In this document: positions 50,438 to 62,110 of the stretch, in pieces
Layout of the letters: every line of letters starts with the position of its first letter
How positions within the stretch are numbered: the stretch's first letter is position 1
From: Laetmonice hystrix
Lineage: Eukaryota
Reading direction: 5' to 3'
DNA: 64,000 bases
Assembly: GCA_965235115.1 (NCBI GenBank)
Contig: OZ249448.1
Location: forward strand, 24,800,001 to 24,864,000
Position numbers and translations under genes: made by a program
Notes under the pieces: generated by a model
The model's database searches: none
What the model saw: only the letters and a program-made list of their open reading frames with translations
Told to the model about the DNA's origin: nothing

Positions 50438-50824
50438 GTAAGGAGTTACCATAACGTGTGACTCCGGCCGGATGCCGGATGGGGAGATGGAGAAGGCCTG
50501 GACTGCTTACATTAAGGAGCCGACTTGCTGCCGCCATGTTGCATTAAGTGCACATGTTTTTATTATACGGTATATATTTACCGGCGTATAAGAGTTCTTT
50601 ATAGCATTTTTTATATATTCAAATGCCCTTTTCCATTTTTCCTTTCTAAACGATGTCGATCTTATAGATCTGTGTGTAGGCCTACAAGTAACACGCTTCT
50701 TTGGATACAGTCCGCTGTCACGTGATCGCTGTCTCTGAGGGCACGTGCCCGGAAAGAGCCAATCAGCGGCCAGCGTGACAGGCCACTTTATCTGATTAGA
50801 AATTTCTGGTCTTCCTACTTATAG

Positions 50825-50984
50825 GGTCGGAACGCTGGTATCTACGGTCTACTTGATGACGTCACTGGCACTCATTGCCCACTACTGACTACCCCGATCT
50901 CTGCCACTGAGGCTCACAAAGATCGGGAAAGGATGAATACATCGAAAGGCACAATCGAATGTGTGGTTCAGGTCACATCGGTCG
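50825..50984 (+). CDS. Tentative exon GRNAGIYGLLDDVTGTHCPLL...IECVVQVTSV
   Basis: tcttcctacttatag|; candidate donors at 50971, 50984 (gtgagc) and 51021 (gtaagt); one frame open. Confidence 0.4.
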
Positions 50985-51916
50985 GTGAGCCTGGAGAGGG
51001 CTACATCTGTGAGGGAGAGTCGTAAGTGTTCAGTTACTGGCTCTGCTGATTGAGGCCCCATGCGCAGATGTCATGCACTTCTCTGCTCGTAGACCATCCG
51101 TTTTACCCTCCTCAGCTCGGAGCTCACCCATACTGCCGGCGCCGCACATTTCAGCAAACTGATACAGAATAAAAGGTGACAAGCGAACCCGGCTGTCCGC
51201 AGACGTTACCCGAGAAGCCACATACAGCGGGACCATTTGTCCGTGAAGCCATCCATTCTTCCGGCCGACATATTTAGGATAGTCTCTCTAGTTTCACGAC
51301 AGACGCAAGTCCGCATCTTCTCGTGTCACGTGGTGCTCAGCCTCGTTCTCAGCTCTTCCTTCATGGAGATACATTAGACCGGTGACGTCACGCTTGTCTA
51401 ATGGCGTCAGCAAGACTAGAAGAATAGTCAGGCTATTGTTCTGCAGCATTCAGCTAAAGATACATACATATTCATGCGGGTGTCTGTGGTCTAGACCTCT
51501 ATAGGACGCTCAAGGCGTGAATCTGGAGTTACTGAGATCGGAAATGGTGACAGGAATGCTAACAGGGTCCCTGAGGGAGTAAGGATCGTGAACTGACAGT
51601 TCCTATATCGGTGACATATCAGGAACCGGTCAGGATTATGATCGGGATGATGGCCGCTAGAGGGCGGCGACTGTCGGCTAGAGCTGGTAATAGGTGGCGG
51701 CACACTATTTTGCCATTTCTGTGTCTTTCCTCTTGGCTCTGGTGGAGTGTTAAATTGCAGACGGCAGGCCAGGGCCAAGCCCCCCCCCCCCCCCCACAAC
51801 ACCACCCCATGGCAGTTTCCTGGTTTAGCGCTGCCCTGTTGTAAACAGTGTAACGTGTGCGAGTGTAGATCGAGGCTGGAGGGAGGGGACTGAGACAACT
51901 GATACAACTGCCGCTC

Positions 51917-52570
51917 TCTCCCCACGACCAGCACCACTTCAGTAGTGGCCAGGGCCCTCCCCACGACCAGCACATCCTTCAGTAGTGGCCAGGGCCCTCC
52001 CCACGACCAGCACATCCTTCAGTAGTGGCAAGGGCCCTCCCCACGACCAGCACATCCTTCAGTAGTGGCCAGGTCCCTCCCCACGACTAGCACATCCTTC
52101 AGTAGTGGTCAGGTCCCTCCTCACGACTAGCACATCCTTCAGTAGTGGCCAGGTCCCTCCTCACGACTAGCACATCCTTCAGTAGTGGTCAGGTCCCTCC
52201 TCACGACTAGCACATCCTTCAGTAGTGGTCAGGTCCCTCCCCACGACTAGCACATCCTTCAGTAGTGGCCAGGTCCCTCCCCACGACTAGCACATCCTTC
52301 AGTAGTGGCCAGGGCCCTCCTCACGACTAGCACATCCTTCAGTAGTGGCCAGGTCCCTCCTCACGACTAGCACATCCTTCAGTAGTGGCCAGGGCCCTCC
52401 TCACGACTAGCACATCCTTCAGTAGTGGCCAGGTCCCTCCTCACGACTAGCACATCCTTCAGTAGTGGCCAGGTCCCTCCTCACGACTAGCCCATCCTTC
52501 AGTAGTGGCCAGGTCCCTCCTCACGACTAGCCCATCCTTCAGTAGCGGCCAGGGCCCTCCCCACGACCAG
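51917..52570. repeat. 40-bp minisatellite, ~16 copies
   Basis: CCCCACGACTAGCACATCCTTCAGTAGTGGCCAGGTCCCT. Confidence 0.97.
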
Positions 52571-52876
52571 CGCAACCCGCAGCGGTGACCAGGTCCCTCA
52601 CCAAGTCGAAGCCTCAGAGCCCACAGGCGACAGTTTTCATTGCGGACCTGTGCTAAGATTTCATATAAGTTAGATCTTCGGGGGCGGCTTGATCCAAGAC
52701 ACCTCCTGGTCACGTGATCTGGTGGATACCTAAATCGTCGCCAGAGGGCGCGTGGCTTCCTGTCGTTATTTACGTCCGGTCTATGGATGTTGGACCGTCA
52801 CGAACAGCGTCGTGGAGTGGGACGCAGGGTTAGCGGTAGGGACTAATATATATTGATCCAACAATTACTCTCGGAG

Positions 52877-52978
52877 TCTGAGGGAAAAAGCAGCCTTGAA
52901 TAAGGATAGGGAGGATATAACCGATCTAATCGATGATGTTCTAGAGCTGACAACACAGGAAGCGGAAACCCTCTGTCG
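52877..52978 (+). CDS. Tentative exon LREKAALNKDREDITDLIDDVLELTTQEAETLC
   Basis: Open frame with helical-looking composition; cg|gtgaaa donor; weak acceptor. Confidence 0.3.
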
Positions 52979-53154
52979 GTGAAAGTCAGCAGGAATTAAA
53001 GAGAGGTTGTAATCTAACAGCCTCGTTCTGGTTAGGGTGACTCCTGGGGTATTCCCCAGGGTGTATGGTGACTGTGTGGGGCAGGACACGGGGACACTGG
53101 CCGGGGGTTGCTGGCCGGGGGGGGGGGGGGTGCTGGCCGGGGGGGGGGGGGCGC

Positions 53155-53312
53155 TCCAACCTCCAACCCTGTGGTCGTTTTAAAATGAACACCATCCTGA
53201 ACGATATATGTTCAACCTCCAACCATGTGATCGTTTTAAAATGAACACCATCCTGAACGATATATGTTCAACCTCCAAGTCATCGTTTTCAAATAAACAC
53301 CATGCTGAACGA
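53155..53312. repeat. 56-bp tandem, 2 close copies plus 1 diverged
   Basis: AACCTCCAACCATGTGATCGTTTTAAAATGAACACCATCCTGAACGATATATGTTC. Confidence 0.85.
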
Positions 53313-53669
53313 CTCGCGGGCCTTGTATCTCGACGATAACGCCCCGGTATTTTTGGTATCGATTTTATCCACAGGGAGGTAGATATTGCCCCCACCACCA
53401 CCGTGGACATGCCCCCCTGCGGTCTATAGCTGAGCCTGACCGTTGCCGAGACCTTGACACACGGACTGAGAGCTGCTGCTTCCAGTAAGGCCTTCTACGT
53501 CAGACTGTGTCTGCCTGCCCCACAACCTGACCCGAGTCGCCACAATATCTACGTGATAAATCTCCGTACTTAAGTGTCCAGCTCGGCTGATATCTATAAT
53601 TGATTCCCGGCTAATCTCTGCCCAGCTTCAAGCAATATTTTCGCCTGACCACTGCCAGTCTGAAGGCCA

Positions 53670-54345
53670 GCTGGTGGTTGGCTGGTTTGGTGGCCGGTCG
53701 GTTTGATGGACGCGTAAAGCCGGTGGGTTAGTGGTTTGGTGGCCATATTGTTGGGTGGCTGGGCCGGGACCCGGTGGTGGGTTAGTGGTCAGGTGGCCAG
53801 GTTGTTGGGTGGCCGGGTAGTTGGCCGGTGGTGGGTTGGTGGTTCGGTGGCCAGGTTGTTGGGTGGACCGGTAGTTGGTCGGTGGTAGTTGGCCGGTGGC
53901 CAGGTTGTTGGGTGGACCGGTAGTTGGCCGGTGGCCAGGTTGTTGGGTGAACCGGTAGTTGGCCGGTGGTAGGTTGGTGGTTAGGTGCCCAGGTTGGGTG
54001 GCCCGTAGTTGGCCGGTGGTAGTTGGCCAATGGCCGTATATTGGTGAGTGTGCGGTCTGTTGCCGTGGTGGTTTGGTGACCAGGTTGTTGGGTGGCCCGG
54101 TAGTTGGCCAGTGACCAGGTTGTTGGGTGGCCCGGTAGTTGGCCAGTGACCAGGTTGTTGGGTGGCCCGGTAGTTGGCCAGTGACCAGGTTGTTGGGTGG
54201 CCCGGTAGTTGGCCAGTGACCAGGTTGTTGGGTGGCCCGGTAGTTGGCCGGTGGCCAGGTTGTTGGGGGGGGGGGCGCCCGGTAGTTGGCCGGTGGTAGT
54301 TGGCCAGTGGCCGTATATTGGTGAGTGTGCGGTCTGTTGCAGTGT
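53670..54345. repeat. Degenerate G/T-rich ~35-bp array
   Basis: GGTAGTTGGCCGGTGGCCAGGTTGTTGGGTGGCCC; explains ORFs 53628-54515. Confidence 0.9.
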
Positions 54346-55017
54346 GATCGGTGACCGGTCCCGACACGGAGGACATCAGTGAGTCGGCTGACTGTCGGCT
54401 GACTCTCGCTCAATGCTGACCACCTCACCCTCTCTCCCTCCGCCCGACACTCACTCTCTATAGCGTCCCGAGGGATGGCATCTCGATCTTTGCCTAATGG
54501 AATAGCACCCACCAATCTGGACCGGAGGGCGGGCGCTGGGTCAGTGCTGGGTCAGTGCTAGGTCAGTGCTGGCATGGCTGCGGCCCGTCGCTGGCGGCCA
54601 GGGCCTACCCTGACACACACCGAAAGGATTGATATCCCGTAGAGACCCAATCTTCCCACATCCAGCGCCCATTCTCCGGGGGACTGTGAATTGATGTCCC
54701 CTTTAGGGCAATATTCCCTTAATCGCCGAGGTTAAGAACTGCACGGGTTTCTGCACAAGGAACTGCCTGGCTGACTTTAGGTTGAGCTATCCAGATTTAG
54801 CAAAAGCTGGAGCCGCTCAACGTGACATTTTGCTATAACACTCTCTCGTGCCTCATGCCCTAAATACCTGATATAGGCTCTCGGCTCCGGTTCGAGCCCA
54901 GAATGGCGCCCGATTTATTCAATATCCCCTAATTAAAATTTTAAATTGGTAAATACATGCAGTATTCTTGACGTCAGCTATAAACGAATTAAAATATCGA
55001 AGTGAAACTTGATAGGC

Positions 55018-55143
55018 ACTCAGCAGTTCTGGACTAAATATTGCCTTGGAGAAAATGTGATATTTCATTGTCAGGAAGAAACTCAGCAGTTCTGGACTAA
55101 ATATTGCCTTGGAGAAAATGTGATATTTCATTGTCAGGAAGAA
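55018..55143. repeat. 63-bp tandem, 2 copies
   Basis: ACTCAGCAGTTCTGGACTAAATATTGCC... at 55018 and 55081. Confidence 0.9.
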
Positions 55144-55342
55144 TGCTCGTGTTTCAAAATAATCAAACGTTAGCTTCAATAAACTTATTCCCTGAAGATT
55201 GCTGTGGTCAAGTGTTATGTCTATGCGGGAGTATAATAACATTGGATAATTTGTGTCGTTGCTTCATATCAATCTTCGGTGTTTTTACTGAAATTATTGA
55301 GTCCAGCAATTCGTGAGAACAATCAATAAATGAATGACGACC

Positions 55343-56851
55343 GTTTATACCGACAGGGACACTCCTCTAAAGTTGTGTTTATACCGCCCGGGACACTCCT
55401 CTAACTGTGTTTATACCGCCCGGGACACTCCTCTAACTGTGTTTATACCGCCCGGGACACTCCTCTAACTGTGTTTATACCGCCCGGGACACTCCTCTAA
55501 CTGTGTTTATACCGCCCGGGACACTCCTCTAACTGTGTTTATACCGCCCGGGACACTCCTCTAACTGTGTTTATACCGACAGGGACACTCCTCTAACTGT
55601 GTTTATACCGACCGGGACACTCCTCTAACTGTGTTTATACCGCCCGGGACACTCCTCTAACTGTGTTTATACCGCCCGGGACACTCCTCTAACTGTGTTT
55701 ATACCGCCCGGGACACTCCTCTAACTGTGTTTATACCGCCCGGGACACTCCTCTAACTGTGTGTATACCGACCGGGACACTCCTCTAACTGTGTTTATAC
55801 CGCCCGGGACACTCCTCTAACTGTGTTTATACCGACCGGGACACTCCTCTAACTGTGTTTATACCGCCCGGGACACTCCTCTAACTGTGTTTATACCGCC
55901 CGGGACACTCCTCTAACTGTGTTTATACCGCCCGGGACACTCCTCTAACTGTGTTTATACCGCCCGGGACACTCCTCTAACTGTGTTTATACCGCCCGGG
56001 ACACTCCTCTAACTGTGTTTATACCGCCCGGGACACTCCTCTAACTGTGTTTATACCGCCCGGGACACTCCTCTAACTGTGTTTATACCGCCCGGGACAC
56101 TCCTCTAACTGTGTTTATACCGCCCGGGACACTCCTCTAACTGTGTTTATACCGCCCGGGACACTCCTCTAACTGTGTTTATACCGCCCGGGACACTCCT
56201 CTAACTGTGTTTATACCGCCCGGGACACTCCTCTAACTGTGTGTATACCACCCGGGACACTCCTCTAACTGTGTTTATACCGCCCGGGACACTCCTCTAA
56301 CTGTGTTTATACCGCCCGGGACACTCCTCTAACTGTGTTTATACCGCCCGGGACACTCCTCTAACTGTGTTTATACCGCCCGGGACACTCCTCTAACTGT
56401 GTGTATACCGCCCGGGACACTCCTCTAACTGTGTTTATACCGCCCGGGACACTCCTCTAACTAAACTGTGTTTATACCGCCCGGGACACTCCTCTAACTG
56501 TGTTTATACCGCCCGGGACACTCCTCTAACTGTGTTTATACCGCCCGGGACACTCCTCTAACTGTGTTTATACCGCCCGGGACACTCCTCTAACTGTGTT
56601 TATACCGCCCGGGACACTCCTCTAACTGTGTTTATACCGCCCGGGACACTCCTCTAACTGTGTTTATACCGCCCGGGACACTCCTCTAACTGTGTTTATA
56701 CCGCCCGGGACACTCCTCTAACTGTGTTTATACCGCCCGGGACACTCCTCTAACTGTGTTTATACCGCCCGGGACACTCCTCTAACTGTGTTTATACCGC
56801 CCGGGACACTCCTCTAACTGTGTTTATACCGCCCGGGACACTCCTCTAACT
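55343..56851. repeat. 32-bp near-perfect minisatellite, ~47 copies
   Basis: ACTGTGTTTATACCGCCCGGGACACTCCTCTA. Confidence 0.98.
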
Positions 56852-57393
56852 ATGTTGAAACCTACCTTGGATTATGATGATGAAAGACAGAGGTGAAACG
56901 GACACCTGACGTCTGCACACGGAGGCAGGCGTGGCATGTTGTTGCCATGGCAATTATAGAATACATATTCCATTCCCATTTATTACCAGACAACACCACC
57001 TTTCACAACTAAAGATGGACACCCATCAGTTGAGTCACGCTAACAGTATCCAATTCACCACGACCCGGCCAACACATGTCATATCTATATGCATCACGTA
57101 GTTTTGCTTTGGTTTGTTCACTGTGGCATCCCTATTGTGGCAGCTTTACTAGTTCATAAAACACCAAATTAAAGAACCTTTCGTTGCACAAACTAGATTA
57201 GTTCTCATGAGAAGAACCATAAAAAGTTAATTACCTTTGCTTGGATAAGATTCACCTCAGCTGGCTGTCGGTGGCGGCAGTGGAAACCTTTGATGTCACA
57301 TATTATCCTCACGTGACCATGACGTTCTTTCACAGACATGCGCAGTGAGCGGACGCTGATACTCTGTGACGTCACAGTTGACGTTTTGAACAG

Positions 57394-57584
57394 CTCGGCC
57401 CTTGCGCCAGGTGTGTGCCTTCCGCAATGAGTGACAGCTACTCGGAGCTCCGTGAGAGTGTTTTCAATATTGACAACAAAACCCCAGTTTACCTGCGACA
57501 GTGGCAGCCGGGTGTGATAACGCCGGTCGTCCATCTCTATTGTCAGACCTATCCCAGCATGCAATACCGCCCTAACACAGCCCT
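57394..57584 (+). CDS. Tentative exon ...SDSYSELRESVFNIDNKTPVYLRQWQPGVITPVVHLYCQTYPSMQYRPNTA
   Basis: gttttgaacag| and ct|gtgagt; 191 nt open. Confidence 0.35.
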
Positions 57585-57940
57585 GTGAGTGAGGACTACT
57601 CGAGGTCGGGCGTGGCTTGCTCAGATTAGGGGGCGTCCAGTAGATCGGCAGATAACATCACAAAGGGGAGGTTTGTGCACTGGCACAAATATTAGTCGGG
57701 TAAACTAAATCTGAATTAAATAGCTCAACGTTTGTATTTAAGATTAAAATGGCCTGTCATAATTACGTGGTTGTGAATGGTGAAACGGCCACCTGCCCAG
57801 GACGTACTAACTGGTGGTTGCCCACGGTGGGTGGGGAGAGGGGTGAGGGTGGGTGAGTGGGGTTGGGGTCGGGATGGGGTGACGACAATACTTCCTTGCA
57901 ATCTCTTCCCTATCTCTATGTCAACAAAACACGCGTGGCC

Positions 57941-58000
57941 CGTGACGTGACACGTGACCACACGTGACCACACGTGACCGCACGCGACCACACGTGACCA
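57941..58000. repeat. (CACGTGACCA)n 10-bp tandem
   Basis: ~6 imperfect copies of an E-box-containing unit. Confidence 0.85.
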
Positions 58001-58519
58001 AAGACCACCGGACTAGGGATTGTGCAAGCATTCGGCCTAATCCCGTCCCATACAGCGGAGAATGTCGCGAGTAAATGGGCGTCGATCAGTCAGCTTCTAT
58101 TGCTATGATAACAGTAGCGAGCGAGCACCATCAACATGATGTACGCCAAGGATATGGCGCTGGAGAATGTACACTCAGATTTACGATATTTCTGATATTT
58201 CCGTTCAGTTTTTCAATCCCCAGGAAGCCGAGGTGAACGTCCTGATCAGGTGTTATAAGGGACCCTGAGGCCCTAGCCGTCCCTGACGACCCACACTTAC
58301 CTGACCAGCTGGACACTGTCCACCTCCGCGCGTGCCCTGGGGGCATTGTCCAACCCCAGACTGACCAGTGGTCATCCCAGACCATCAATGACCTTTACTG
58401 ACCGTCACTCAAACAAAGGATGCCTTTAGGCACTCGCTCGTGTCTGGACAAAGCACACAGAGTTTCTCGTGCCGTTTCAAATCATCAGTTTATTTTCATG
58501 ATTTATGTCAACCCATGCG

Positions 58520-58752
58520 GATGATTGGCAGTGTCTGTCAGTGGGTATATCTCCATGCTAACATCTGATGATTGGCAGTGTCTGTCAGTGGGTATATCTC
58601 CATGCTAACATCTGATGATTGGCAGTGTCTGTCAGTGGCTATATCTCCATGCTAACATCTGATGATTGGCAGTGTCTGTCAGTGGCTATATCTCCATGCT
58701 AACATCTGATGATTGGCAGTGTCTGTCAGTGGCTATATCTCCATGCTAACAT
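58520..58752. repeat. 47-bp minisatellite, 5 copies
   Basis: GATGATTGGCAGTGTCTGTCAGTGGCTATATCTCCATGCTAACATCT. Confidence 0.95.
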
Positions 58753-58999
58753 ATATACAAATTCTGCACTGATCTATCATTATTCATATCCCCAAACCTA
58801 CCCCTAACTCCTAACCTAGGTCTACAGAAACCCCCTCATACCTAGACAAAGTATCCGTCTCTATACACAGACAACCGCCCCTGTGTGTAAATTTCAGGCG
58901 TACCCGAACAAATCTTCAGGACACTACAAAAATCCCTCTCCTGTCCATGTATCTGGACCTCCACCCCCTATAACCCCATGACACACAACATTCACATAG

Positions 59000-59170
59000 T
59001 CATGAATTTCCAGCCCTAAATCTGAATTCATGAATTCCTCGCCCTGAATCTGATTTAATGAATTCCGAACTTTGAATCTGAATTCATGAATTCCGGACCC
59101 TGAATCTGATTTAATGAATTCCGAACTTTGAATCTGAATTCATGAATTCCGGACACTGAACCTGAATTAA
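59000..59170. repeat. ~56-bp tandem rich in GAATTC, ~3 copies
   Basis: TGAATCTGATTTAATGAATTCCGAACTTTGAATCTGAATTCATGAATTCC. Confidence 0.85.
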
Positions 59171-60259
59171 CCATGAACATTTCACACATCAAACGCTTTG
59201 GTGATAAAGACCTTGACCTTGGCCTCACCGTCATCGTTAACCTGCCGTGGACATGAGGGTTTGTATCAATATTGTCTTTAGATGTAGCGGTTTGTTGCAG
59301 AAATGGGCGGGTTACGACAAACAATGCGCCCTGTAAACAATGCCCAGCGTTCTTGGGTGTTCGCCACCTGGCGGGCCTGAGGAGAACCTCTCAGAACTTG
59401 TTTGTTGTCGTCCCGCATGACTGACAACCTGGAGAGTCGACTGCCCGGCCATCTGGGCCTCCTGGATGACCTCTGACCCCGAGCCACAGTCGGCCCGGGC
59501 CCGTGTGTGTGCGGGAGATGGCCGGTAGGGGGCAGGGCGATCAGTTAGAGCCGTTGTAACCAGATTATGGGACGCTGTGTGCCGATCGATGGAATGACGG
59601 ATCCCAGACCCAACACTGAGCGGAAACGGATCCTGATTGGTTGAGCGGTCTCCATGGAGACGTATTACTGGCGTCGTGCCGTCACCGCCTCTAGTCGTCC
59701 GTCACAGGAAACGCTGTCCCAATAGTTATATCCTCCACAAACATTTCATTTTACACACTCTCATCTGGTATTTGTGACGGAATTTAAATCATGCATCATT
59801 TCTCCCACCCATGACACCATTTGTATACCTGTTTTAGAACTGATATTCCTGTGGATTTTTGTAATAGAGAACAAAGACCAGTAAACCAACCGAAAGTCAC
59901 GTGAGGTCATTCCTATCTCCAGGATCCATCCCCACTAATTATATGACCGGTTTCAGACCCGCTACTCTCACACAGAGACGCCAGTGGTAATGAAATAATT
60001 AGACGCCAGGCTCCGCAGGTCATTAGTATCCAGTGGTAATTATTCCGTAATTGGTGATATATCACTTTCAATATTTGTCTGTCCATGAGGGACGCTGGCC
60101 GCTGAAGTCGACGCAGGTGGTGGTGGTTGGCACCAGTGGCGCCCCCACTTGACCCCATGACCCCAAGCACCTGTCGCTCGCTACCTTAGGGCACCTACCC
60201 CAGTCGCTCTCACCCCTTCAACATAGGCCTTATACGTCCATCCTATGCTAGACTCGATA

Positions 60260-60690
60260 TAGCCCTGTACAGAGCATAAACCAGGGTCATCACGTTTTCT
60301 ACACCTCGATATGGCCCTGTACAGAGCATAAACCAGGGTCATCACGTTTTCTACACCTCGATATGGCCCTGTACAGAGCATAAACCAGGGTCATCACGTT
60401 TTCTAAACCTCGATATGGCCCTGTACAGAGCATAAACCAGGGTCATCACGTTTTCTAAACCTCGATATGGCCCTGTACAGAGGATAAACCAGGGTCATCA
60501 CGTTTTCTACACCTCGATATGGCCTGTACAGAGCATAAACCAGGGTCATCACGTTTTCTACACCTCGATATGGCCCTGTACAGAGCATAAACCAGGGTCA
60601 TCACGTTTTCTACACCTCGATATGGCCCTGTACAGAGCATAAACCAGGGTCATCACGTTTTCTAAACCTCGATATGGCCCTGTACAGAGC
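60260..60690. repeat. 52-bp minisatellite, ~8 copies
   Basis: GCCCTGTACAGAGCATAAACCAGGGTCATCACGTTTTCTACACCTCGATATG. Confidence 0.97.
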
Positions 60691-61110
60691 GCGAACCAGC
60701 TTAAGCTCAAGGTTTTTGGTTGGATAGTATGCTTAGATCAATCAATGAGAATTAAAAGATCAATCAGCAAATGGTCCTGTTTCTATCACGTGAGCCAACC
60801 CCCAACTCACTCCCCTTCAGTGTCCAAAGCTGTGGTCCTTTCTCCCTAAATAACGTGAACTAGCTCGAAATTTACGGTACTAAATAAATAAAAGTTCTCT
60901 TCATAAAATCCCACCCAATCCTTCGGGAATCCTGCCCCACACATTTGTTATTACCATGGTAACGATCACAATCCATCATCCAATATATCAAAATATACTC
61001 AATCTTACGTTTCTATTTACAACATTTATTCTCCTGGGAGTAGAAACAAATTATACAGATTTCGCTGAACCGAAATGAGCTCATTTAGCCGCTATCTCTG
61101 AGGAGACATC

Positions 61111-62110
61111 TGTGTACTACAGCCTGCCTGAGCTCGTGCTGAGGTTGTTTAAACCCGGCTGGTGTACTACAGCCTGCCTGAGCTCGTGCTGAGGTTGTTT
61201 AAACCCGGCTGGTGTACTACAGCCTGCCTGAGCTCGTGCTGAGGTTGTTTAAACCCGGCTGGTGTACTACAGCCTGCCTGAGCTCGTGCTGAGGTTGTTT
61301 AAACCCGGCTGGTGTACTACAGCCTGCCTGAGCTCGTGCTGAGGTTGGTGTACTACAGCCTGCCTGAGCTCGTTCTGAGGTTGTTTAAACCCGGCTGGTG
61401 TACTACAGCCTGCCTGAGCTCGTGCTGAGGTTGTTTAAACACGGCTGGTGTACTACAGCCTGCCTGAGCTCGTGTTGAGGTTGTTTAAACCCGGCTGGTG
61501 TACTACAGCCTGCCTGAGCTCGTGCTGAGGTTGTTTAAACCCGGCTGGTGTACTACAGCCTGCCTGAGCTCGTGCTGAGGTTGTTTAAACCCGGCTGGTG
61601 TACTACAGCCTGCCTGAGCTCGTGCTGATGTTGTTTAAACCCGGCTGGTGTACTACAGCCTGCCCGAGCTCGTGCTGAGGTTGTTTAAACCCGGCTGGTG
61701 TACTACAGCCTGCCTGAGCTCGTGCTGAGGTTGTTTAAACCCGGCTGGTGTACTACAGCCTGCCTGAGCTCGTGCTGAGGTTGTTTAAACCCGGCTGGTG
61801 TACTACAGCCTGCCTGAGCTCGTGCTGAGGTTGTTTAAACCCGGCTGGTGTACTACAGCCTGCCTGAGCTCGTGCTGAGGTTGTTTAAACCCGGCTGGTG
61901 TACTACAGCCTGCCTGAGATCGAGCTGAGGTTGTTTAAACCCGGCTGGTGTACTACAGCCTGCCTGAGCTCGTGCTGAGGTTGTTTAAACCCGGCTGGTG
62001 TACTACAGCCTGCCCGAGCTCGTGCTGAGGTTGTTTAAACCCGGCTGGTGTACTACAGCCTGCCCGAGCTCGTGCTGTACTACAGCCTGCCCGAGCTCGT
62101 GCTGAGGTTG
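61111..62110. repeat. 50-bp minisatellite, ~20 copies
   Basis: GTGTACTACAGCCTGCCTGAGCTCGTGCTGAGGTTGTTTAAACCCGGCTG. Confidence 0.97.

Noticed and set aside
53628-54515. 295-aa Pro/Thr-rich minus ORF
   Set aside because: Translation of the G/T-rich degenerate array
174-62110. Tandem arrays as CRISPR arrays
   Set aside because: The units are head-to-tail with no unique spacers, there are no cas genes, and the context is eukaryotic
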